From a virus (Duplodnaviria; Caudoviricetes): DNA of 64,000 nt. The stretch lies in the IMG/VR virus record IMGVR_UViG_3300021254_000021, positions 160,001-224,000 of that record. The stretch is one strand, 5' to 3'. The notes under the pieces were generated by a model. The model was given only the letters and a program-made list of their open reading frames with translations, did not search any database and was not told the DNA's origin. Position 1 is the first letter of the stretch. Every line of letters begins with the position of its first letter. The translations under genes were made by a program, and so were the position numbers. Of the stretch, positions 33,629 to 41,259 are shown piece by piece.

Positions 33629-33931
33629 ATGATTATCGTAAAAACAATTAGAGAGTTTACAGCCGCTATATCCCAATTCTTAAAGGATAATAATGAGGAA
33701 TTTAAAGCCATATTTGACAGGCGCTATGGAATGATGTTTACTTTCCCCGATAAGGTGAATCATGCTGTTATTCAAATACAGATAGTGGGAGGTAAAAATA
33801 AACCGTTTGCTTGTAATCTGTTAGAGAATGGTGAAGTAATAAAGGGGTTTGAGTCAGACTGTTATGGTGACATAGAACATGAATTAAAATCCCTTTATGA
33901 TTTTTTGAAAGATTTTCGTGGAAAAAATTAA
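33629..33931 (+). CDS. hypothetical protein
   Basis: ORF with GAGG SD. Confidence 0.6.
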   Translation: MIIVKTIREFTAAISQFLKDNNEEFKAIFDRRYGMMFTFPDKVNHAVIQIQIVGGKNKPFACNLLENGEVIKGFESDCYGDIEHELKSLYDFLKDFRGKN

Positions 33932-34089
33932 AGCTATCAAGTATAAGGAATTGAAACCTCCAATGTGTTTCAGATACATTGTTTCAGATGGTCTTTGATA
34001 ATTGAATAATCCTTTTTCTGATCTCATAAATCATCTCCTGTGTGAATGGCAAGGGGTGAATAATCGTGATGATTATGATCATCCCGTTT

Positions 34090-34172
34090 GGGTAGGTAGC
34101 GAAGTGGCTAAACGCGGCGGGCTGTAAACCCGCTCCCCTACGGGTTCGGTGGTTCAAATCCATCCCTACCCA
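34090..34172 (+). tRNA. tRNA-Tyr(GTA)
   Basis: cloverleaf; GCGGG-CTGTAAA-CCCGC; long variable arm; GGTTCAAATCC. Confidence 0.9.
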
Positions 34173-34318
34173 TTACCACAATTATGAACGTCGTATCGGG
34201 CTAATAGGTTTCCCCTGTGATGCTATCTTGATCTATCGTATCTAATTGTGGTTTAGCCAGATTTCGTGAAGGAGTAATACTGACAATTAATTGTTATGTA
34301 CCTAGGAATTTGGCTTTT

Positions 34319-34391
34319 GCACCATTAATTCAGTTGGAAGAATAACTGCCTTCTAAGCAGTAAGTCGCAAGTTCGAGTCTTGCATGGTGTA
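34319..34391 (+). tRNA. tRNA-Arg(TCT)
   Basis: GCACCAT/ATGGTGT acceptor; ACTGC-CTTCTAA-GCAGT. Confidence 0.9.
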
Positions 34392-34542
34392 TTTTAATCC
34401 TTTTTACTTTAAATTATATGCTTTGAGTGCCTTAGTAGGAACAACTAAAGTATCATAGTCTCTATAATTTAGATTAATCTAACACTTACTATAAAAGTAA
34501 GAAAGGATATTAGGCAGGAAATTGTTAGTGACCTCCACATTT

Positions 34543-34616
34543 TCTGGTTTAGTTCAGTGGTAGAACGCCCACTAGACTTGTAGTGAGAGACATCGGTTCG
34601 ATTCCGATATCCGGAG
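34543..34616 (+). ncRNA. tRNA-like RNA with atypical anticodon arm
   Basis: normal D arm (GTTCAGTGGTAGAAC) and T arm (ATCGGTTCGATTCCGAT); CACTA/TAGTG stem closes a 6-nt loop. Confidence 0.6.
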
Positions 34617-34730
34617 TTACCAATCTTCACCTAATTAATTTAGGTCTGTAAAGCACGCGAATAATTAACTAGTTAATTATTCTATAAAGTGCAAAAAGAA
34701 GGGAAGTAGGAATGCAGTGACCTACTATTT

Positions 34731-34807
34731 AGCGGTGTAGCAGAATAGGTTCATGCGGTGGCCTTATAAGCCATGTCATTATGTGGGTTCAACCCCCACC
34801 ACCGCTA
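34731..34807 (+). tRNA. tRNA-Ile(TAT)
   Basis: AGCGGTG/CACCGCT acceptor; GTGGC-CTTATAA-GCCAT. Confidence 0.8.
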
Positions 34808-34885
34808 TTGCCGTTGGGATACGACATGTCCGATTTTTGAGGACTAAATAACCCCGATAGCCTGTGTCGTTAAACAGGCATTTAT

Positions 34886-34971
34886 GGGCGTGTAGTTTAA
34901 TATGGTAAAACAACTCTCGCGAGGAATATAGAAATATATTCGTAGAAATAGGTTCGAGTCCTGTCACGTCC
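34886..34971 (+). ncRNA. tRNA-like RNA with anticodon arm replaced by two short hairpins
   Basis: GGGCGTG/CACGTCC acceptor, D arm, T arm ATAGGTTCGAGTCCTGT; centre CTCGCGAG + GAATATA-GAAA-TATATTC. Confidence 0.6.
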
Positions 34972-34982
34972 CAAGCATCTTA

Positions 34983-35082
34983 TGGGCTGTAGTTTAAAAT
35001 ATGGTAACAGAACACTGATGAGATAGTCACTTTAGATTAATCTAAGGGATCAGAGGTCTTGGGTTCAAATCCCGGCAGTCAG
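34983..35082 (+). ncRNA. tRNA-like RNA with expanded anticodon loop
   Basis: D-like arm, CTGAT/ATCAG stem enclosing ~29 nt with an internal hairpin, T arm GGGTTCAAATCCC. Confidence 0.55.
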
Positions 35083-35232
35083 ATTTTTCTATGTATGGTA
35101 GAAAAACGTAGAGTGGAAGAGGGGCTTCGTTAATTCCCCTTTCAAGCAATCGAATTATTTATAGATTGAGATCTCCTATAAGTAATTGCGGATTGTAATA
35201 AGTAACTAAGACCATACAACTTAGTTACTTTT

Positions 35233-35545
35233 GCCAGTGTGGCGAAATTGGTAGTACGCAGCGGACTTGGTTATTTGAGCCGTATATCGGGAAACTATAT
35301 ACGGGATGTGGGCTAATTCGGTGAAAGTCTTAGCAAGTAAAGTTGAAGATAACGCCGAGCTAAATCAGGATTTAATATTCTGTAAATGTGTAGAGAACAT
35401 ATACCCACAACCTAAACACTTAATAGTGCATGGTTAAGACATGTTCCAGACTACAACCCTTATAATAAGGGGCTATGGAAACATAGAGTAGTAAGAAAAT
35501 CCGCTTCCCTTTACGGGAGTGTGAGTTCGAGTCTCACCACTGGTA
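35233..35545 (+). tRNA. tRNA-Leu(TAA) interrupted by a group I intron
   Basis: exon 1 35233-35268 ends GCGGACTT; exon 2 from 35496 begins AAAATCCGC; spliced loop CTTAAAA. Confidence 0.9.
35269..35495 (+). ncRNA. group I self-splicing intron (227 nt, no ORF)
   Basis: follows U, ends in G; P3 TGTGGG/CCCACA, P4 TTCGGTG/CGCCGAG, P7 GAACAT/ATGTTC. Confidence 0.9.
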
Positions 35546-35631
35546 TTAGAGAAGAAATAAATAGTGTAAAAACTATTTATAAAACCCAGAGTATGATTGG
35601 CTTGCCGAACACAGCTCTGGTCTTCTCTTTT

Positions 35632-35719
35632 AGAAGGTTGGCCGAGTGGTCTAAGGCGCACGACTGGAAATCGTGTAAACCCCTAAAGGGTTTCGTGGGT
35701 TCAAATCCCACACCTTCTG
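35632..35719 (+). tRNA. tRNA-Ser(GGA)
   Basis: AGAAGGT/ACCTTCT; CACGA-CTGGAAA-TCGTG; long variable arm. Confidence 0.9.
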
Positions 35720-36053
35720 TTTAGCTTTGTTTAGCACTTTGGGTGCAATATTCCTTAGAGGAATGACAAAGCTATTTTTGTTTTATGTCCTGTTGTTCTT
35801 TTTCGTTAGATCATGGTCTTGCATGATCATAGGCAGACACACCTCATAACTTGTAATGAGGTTTTAGAAATACATTTTAATGTATGTGTAGTAAGGGCGT
35901 ATATGCCTTCCTATTCCGTATGTGATGTCTTTGTAGCACTCATCACAGCTCCTAATACAAGTGGAAAGCCCCAAGTAATACCGTTATTATTTGGGGCTTT
36001 TTCGTATATCTATTAAGGTGTTATTTATTCCTTTTAGCATAAGGATATTTATT

Positions 36054-36554
36054 ATGTTTTTACCTGCAAGAAAGGCTTGTGCTTTTTATGGTATTTGTAT
36101 TAGAACTTTGCATAGATGGAGAGATAGTGGTAAGATTAATATAGTTTCGTCACCCTCTGGGAGAGCGCTTTATGAATGTGTTATATTAGACGATAATGCC
36201 AGAAAGGATTATTGTTACTGCTGTGTAAAGGAAGATTCAGATAAAGCGAATCTTTTAAAACAAGAGGAAGTGTTGTCAGAACTATATCCTAAATGTACCA
36301 TACTTAAAGATATAGGGGTTGGGTATGACAGAGAGAAATTTACCTTCCTTGTAGATGAAGTGATAAAGCGTCATGTAAGTAAAATCATTGTTATATCTAA
36401 AGATATTCTCTTTGATAAAGAGTCCGACTTTGATTTTTTCCAATTCATTCTTAGCAGATGCCAGACTGATATTATTATACCGCAAACAAAATTTGGTACG
36501 GAAATGGAGAATAAAAAGAAGATTCTATCTATCTTATCGAAACTTGGGAAATAG
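36054..36554 (+). CDS. IS607-TnpA-like protein (MerR-type HTH + serine-recombinase fold), catalytic motif lost
   Basis: GICIRTLHRWRDSGKI...SPSGR; YCCVKE where YARVSS is expected; KDIGVG; ISKDIL. Confidence 0.7.
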   Translation: MFLPARKACAFYGICIRTLHRWRDSGKINIVSSPSGRALYECVILDDNARKDYCYCCVKEDSDKANLLKQEEVLSELYPKCTILKDIGVGYDREKFTFLVDEVIKRHVSKIIVISKDILFDKESDFDFFQFILSRCQTDIIIPQTKFGTEMENKKKILSILSKLGK

Positions 36555-36597
36555 GAATTTCCCAAAGACTATAAAAAATAAACACCTCTAAGTATAA

Positions 36598-36843
36598 AAA
36601 GTTGTTCTGTGATAAGCAAGCGTGCTTTTCCCCCTAAGAGGGGGTAACAGAATAGTCCGTCATACTTGACACACAATCATGTTTCGCACATGATAGAGCA
36701 GATGCACCCTATTACTTGTGGTAGGGCTTTAGAATGAATAATAGGATTGTTATTCAGCATGGTAAGGCCGTATAGGGCTTCTCGAAACAACGACAAAGAG
36801 AATCTATTCCAGATGGTCATGGATTCTCACTCCTGCACAAGTC
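36598..36843 (+). ncRNA. unclassified highly structured RNA
   Basis: ORF-free interval with about ten complementary stem pairs, followed by a terminator. Confidence 0.55.
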
Positions 36844-36878
36844 GCACCTGTATTGAACAATACAGGTGCTTTTCTTTT
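36844..36878 (+). terminator. intrinsic terminator
   Basis: GCACCTGTATTG-AA-CAATACAGGTGC-TTTTCTTTT. Confidence 0.8.
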
Positions 36879-36880
36879 AC

Positions 36881-36927
36881 CAAAAGCGAGCCGAAAGCCC
36901 ACCTGCTTTAGCGGGTGGGTAGTTCAC
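36881..36927 (+). mobile_element. single-hairpin IS605-end miniature element
   Basis: CCCACCTGCTTTAGCGGGTGGG-TAGTTCAC. Confidence 0.65.
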
Positions 36928-36947
36928 CAAATTATTAGAGGTGTATT

Positions 36948-37436
36948 ATGAATGGTTATCCAAGACTGTATATTGGCAAGGCGGCACAAGAATTAAAAAA
37001 GAGATGCACCTTCCCTGTGTATCAAGTAACAAAGGAAACATTGTCGGAATTTATAGCTTATTATTCCACAATACCAAGTATGAAAAATCCATTGGTTATT
37101 GAGGATATAGCCTATCTGCCTTTTGACGCACAATCCAATTTACTTAAATTTATTGAGGATAGTAAATTAAAGATTATTCTATTGTCGTCAGAGGATCAGA
37201 TCATCTCTACCATCCTTTCCAGAATGTCTTTAGTATATAAGATTAAAGAGAATGTATCATCCCAATTCCTAACTGTCAAACAGGCGCAAGAAGAATTGGA
37301 TGATATAGACCAAGATACGTATTATTTAACGTATATAAAGAAAGAGATGCAACTTTCCCCCATCTCATACTATTATGACCAATACTTAAAGAATAAGTCG
37401 AATAAACAAAAGCTACTGCAACTTATAAGTGACTAA
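36948..37436 (+). CDS. truncated clamp-loader-like (HolB/DnaX-type AAA+) subunit
   Basis: LVIEDIAYLPFDAQSNLLKFIED...IILLSS...IISTILSR; no Walker A. Confidence 0.6.
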   Translation: MNGYPRLYIGKAAQELKKRCTFPVYQVTKETLSEFIAYYSTIPSMKNPLVIEDIAYLPFDAQSNLLKFIEDSKLKIILLSSEDQIISTILSRMSLVYKIKENVSSQFLTVKQAQEELDDIDQDTYYLTYIKKEMQLSPISYYYDQYLKNKSNKQKLLQLISD

Positions 37437-38533
37437 GGCTATGGTAGATCTATTAAAGAAAAAAGTGAGTATATCACACCCACAATTCCTTCAATTCCTT
37501 TACCCACACTTCCAATTTATTACAGACTTTAAACAGGTAATAGATTACTCACAAGGGGTAATATACAAAGGGTTAATATCCGAAACCATCTTGAATAAAC
37601 TGGAATGCCTAACAGATGGGAAATACATCCTTCTAACAGACATAGGGGAAGTGGTACTATACACACCTAGTGATTATGTAAAAATACTGTTTCCTGTCAT
37701 AGCTGATAAAGCAGAACAATATAACAACTATGACTTGGAACAATTTATCCCTATACTAAAACAATATTACATCCTACAAAAGAAACCTCCACTGTTAAAA
37801 GAAGATGAAACAGGAATATTTGGATTGTATAAGGCTTTGGTTTCATCCAAAGAGGCTTTGCATAAAGAATATTTCTCACTATTGAACACTCTTTCCATTA
37901 AGGTGGTGGCATCATCCATACTAACCTTTTTACTAAAGGTTAAAGAGCAAAATTTCAATAATTGCTCATCCTCTTATAAAAAGTTAATCAATACGGCGTA
38001 CCTTAAATTTGGTACACGGATAAAACCTGCAATACAAACGTATATTGAATCAGACCAAAAGCCAGAGATAGCTCTATGGCTTTTATTAGACACCCTTAAT
38101 GGGTAATAACCTTTAAACACAGGAGACATTCATCATGGAAAAAATTATTATGGAACTTAAAAAGAAGGTGGAGAGTTATACATTGCCAGAAGGCATGGAG
38201 TCTATCCCACCTTACTCCTCAATCAAAACCTCAAAAGAAGAACTGTATAAGAAATACTCAAGCACGATTATGTACTATAACAATGTGTGTGAAACACTGT
38301 CAAAACTACAATATACCTCTATTACAGTTGATCGCCTCTTAAAAGAGCTGTCCAATTCACAAGAAGTATTCTCAAAACAAAAACTATATTCTACGGAATT
38401 AAAAGCATTAAAAGAAGAAACAAAAGGGCTGATAGATGCTTATAAATTCCTTAAAGATGGACTGGAAGCCACTGTACGCTTCTATAATAGTACACAGTAT
38501 TTGTTGACCAGTTATCGCCTAGAAGATTGCTAA
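37429..38533 (+). other. two hypothetical genes (37429, 38135) in the replication operon
   Basis: coupled ORFs between the clamp-loader-like gene and dUTPase. Confidence 0.6.
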
Positions 38534-38991
38534 ATATAAAGGAAAAGAGAATGACTCTACTATCACTATTCAAACCTGTTTTAAAAATACTCACATCCTT
38601 TGTACTGCCAGAATATAAAACCTGCGGGTCTGCCTGTTTCGACATCCCTATTACAGCAAATAAGGTATTAAAGCCTAATGAGCTGTACAATTTTGGCACA
38701 GGTTATAGAATGGAAATACCAAAAGGATGGTGCTTACTTATCTTCCCTAGATCTTCTCTTGGACAAAAGAAATGTATTATACCAAATTCAGTTGGCGTCA
38801 TAGACTCCGATTATAGAGGCGAGGTAAAAGTGCCTATACTGAATCTCTCTAATGAGGAAATACAATTTGAATCAGGACAGCGTGTGGCACAAGGTCTTTT
38901 AGTTAAAGCAAAACAATGTAAAATATTTAAAGTGCCTACACTGTCAGATACACTAAGAGGACAAGGCGGATTCGGATCAACAGGATTATAA
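38527..38991 (+). CDS. dut: trimeric dUTPase
   Basis: SACFD, PRSS, GVIDSDYRGE, RVAQG, RGQGGFGSTG; true start may be downstream. Confidence 0.95.
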   Translation: MLNIKEKRMTLLSLFKPVLKILTSFVLPEYKTCGSACFDIPITANKVLKPNELYNFGTGYRMEIPKGWCLLIFPRSSLGQKKCIIPNSVGVIDSDYRGEVKVPILNLSNEEIQFESGQRVAQGLLVKAKQCKIFKVPTLSDTLRGQGGFGSTGL

Positions 38992-39036
38992 TAAAAAAGG
39001 GGTAGTAAGATAAATCACTTACTACCCCTTTTTATT
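38990..39036. terminator. bidirectional terminator
   Basis: AAAAAAGGGGTAGTAAG...CTTACTACCCCTTTTT between convergent genes. Confidence 0.85.
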
Positions 39037-39387
39037 TTACCCAACCTCTATATAACCATCCTCTTTAATCAAATTTATCACAGCACTCGCCACACGAGAA
39101 GGGTGGGAATTAAGCTCAATAAATGTCTCATTGAGCCAGTCATGATCTTCCTCACTCCTAATCAGAATGTCCCTATGATCCGTATTATAACTAATACTAA
39201 TCCCATAGACATCCGACATCTTAAACTCTACCCATAAACCATATACCGTATAACAGACATAAAAATCCTTTTCATCTATGTCCAAGTCTTTCATAATACG
39301 GGCATTGATCGCTTCCGCCATACTGTGTATAGCACTCACCGCATTATTATTTCTATCCCCTTCAATAGATTCTTTTATCGCTCTCAT
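39037..39387 (-). CDS. hypothetical protein (leader MRAIKE-S)
   Basis: GAGG SD; closed by the bidirectional terminator. Confidence 0.7.
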   Translation of the reverse strand: MRAIKESIEGDRNNNAVSAIHSMAEAINARIMKDLDIDEKDFYVCYTVYGLWVEFKMSDVYGISISYNTDHRDILIRSEEDHDWLNETFIELNSHPSRVASAVINLIKEDGYIEVG

Positions 39388-39739
39388 ATTTCCTCTCCAT
39401 CTATTCATAAAGAAAAGAAAACGTCTAAATACATAGATAAATTTAAAACCATATTATCTACATAAACAGAGAAAGAGAGTTGATTATCAAAACTCATTCT
39501 TTGATAATAGAAGGCTAATAAAACAATCTTAATCACGGCTCTAAGTTAAGCCTAGGAAGATTCATTACTGATTGTCCGATTATGTCCTTAAATGTCTCTC
39601 TCTCTTTCAAAAATACTTTACACCGTTACTGTTATCCTTTTTCGTTAATTACAGTATCGGTGTTTAACTGTATCTACGCCAAGCTAAAATTCCATACTCT
39701 TTAGGTATTCTATTACATTGATTCTTAATCATAAAGGAG

Positions 39740-40156
39740 ATGGAAGGAATGCAAGCATTAGTAAATACAGTAAGCAATATAGCCTATATGCTACAAAAAA
39801 CGGCATTATATATTAACGGTAGTAAATCATCCTTAACCAAAGAGGAAATAAGAGAGTATATAATATCCTCTTTTCCTAACTTAACCAAAGAGTGTAATAG
39901 GTTGGATGAGTTGATTGAGAAGGAGAGGTATACGCTGAATAAGGATAGATTCATAAGTAAGATAAAGGATGGATTTACAAATGGTAAAGCAGGGTTTGAT
40001 AAAGCAGGATTCTTTATAGGCTATTATGACTTAAAGAGTAAGATTCTAAACCCTAAAGAAAAGATGGTTATTTATGACGGCGTATTCTTTGAATTAAACA
40101 TAAATAACTATATGGGAAATGAACAAATCATTCTGGGTACATCCACTTTCCCTTAA
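39740..40156 (+). CDS. hypothetical protein
   Basis: 138-aa ORF. Confidence 0.6.
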   Translation: MEGMQALVNTVSNIAYMLQKTALYINGSKSSLTKEEIREYIISSFPNLTKECNRLDELIEKERYTLNKDRFISKIKDGFTNGKAGFDKAGFFIGYYDLKSKILNPKEKMVIYDGVFFELNINNYMGNEQIILGTSTFP

Positions 40157-40227
40157 ATAACACTTATTATCTAATAAGGTAGTGTGCTATTCCTTAACCA
40201 CAATACAGTAATACAAAGGAGAAAATT

Positions 40228-40746
40228 ATGGTTAAGTTAAGAAGATGCAATGAGGCACAATTAAGCCTTTTTGATAAACCCCTACCCTTAGATTTACATC
40301 ATAATAATACCGAGGTAGAACCCGAGGTAACACAGGTAGAAGAACCAGAGACAAATAATAAGGTGTATTCAAGAGAATATGCTAACAGAGCTAAACAGTT
40401 AAGAACATTAAAAGGACAGGAATTATTAGATGCTGTCGAAGAAGGGGATATATTCTGGGGCAGATGGGGTTATAACCGCACTATAACAAACTGGTTTATC
40501 GTTAAACGTAAAACAGCAAAAAGAATCATTTTACATGAGATAGATTATACTTATGGTAATCAGCCGGGAGATAGTATAGGTGGTTGGACAACGTGCCCAC
40601 TTTTACCCCCTAAAGAGATAAGTGGTAAAAGAGATATGCAGGGTATTCCCCTACCAGAAAACAGGTATGCACAAATTCAAATACCCGACTATCCTAAATC
40701 ATTAACAGTCTGGGATGGTACATACGGTTGGGAAAACATGGATTAA
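40228..40746 (+). CDS. hypothetical protein with basic-Glu leader and QLSLF motif
   Basis: MVKLRRCNEAQLSLF; AGGAG SD. Confidence 0.75.
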   Translation: MVKLRRCNEAQLSLFDKPLPLDLHHNNTEVEPEVTQVEEPETNNKVYSREYANRAKQLRTLKGQELLDAVEEGDIFWGRWGYNRTITNWFIVKRKTAKRIILHEIDYTYGNQPGDSIGGWTTCPLLPPKEISGKRDMQGIPLPENRYAQIQIPDYPKSLTVWDGTYGWENMD

Positions 40747-40758
40747 AAGGAGCGTATT

Positions 40759-41079
40759 ATGAGAGTCTTAAAAAGAGTAAAAGAATCCAATAAAGATTCT
40801 GAAACACTGTCTCTAATGAAAGAAATAGAGAAGTATAAAGGATTGGTAAAAGACTGGGAATATACAGCTCTTAATGGCCGTACATGGGGGAGACTATCAT
40901 ATAGATATTCCGATTTAGAACAGGCTTATTCTGATTTACACCGTATTCTAAGGAAAGCAGAGGATTTAAACATAGATTATTCTCTTAGAGACGAAATAGG
41001 GGATATGATAAATTCGGTTGAGGATCTGATAGGGGAGAATGATCCCCACAGGTTCGACGATGATTACGAATATGATTAG
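40759..41079 (+). CDS. hypothetical protein with basic-Glu leader
   Basis: MRVLKRVKES; AGGAG SD. Confidence 0.7.
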   Translation: MRVLKRVKESNKDSETLSLMKEIEKYKGLVKDWEYTALNGRTWGRLSYRYSDLEQAYSDLHRILRKAEDLNIDYSLRDEIGDMINSVEDLIGENDPHRFDDDYEYD

Positions 41080-41259
41080 ATGTCCCTTTTTAAAATTTAC
41101 CTCCTCTTAATTTAAAGACTTTCACAGTTACGGGCATAGTGGTTTAATCCTCTATGCCCTTTTTTATTCACCCAATCCTTCACACAGTCCATTAAGGGGA
41201 TAAGGAATTAAGTAAAATTCCCCTGATAGTAATTTTACAAAAATATTTAAGGAGACTGT

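Noticed and set aside
34173-34540. Theta/HDV-like ribozymes in tRNA spacers
   Set aside because: Hairpins and one ACCTCC are present, but I could not build the nested double pseudoknot by eye
36598-36843. RNase P RNA or tmRNA
   Set aside because: Some RNase P-like words (ACAGAA, GCATGGTAA) occur, but no GAGGAAAGTCC/P4 arrangement and no tRNA-like ends; left unclassified
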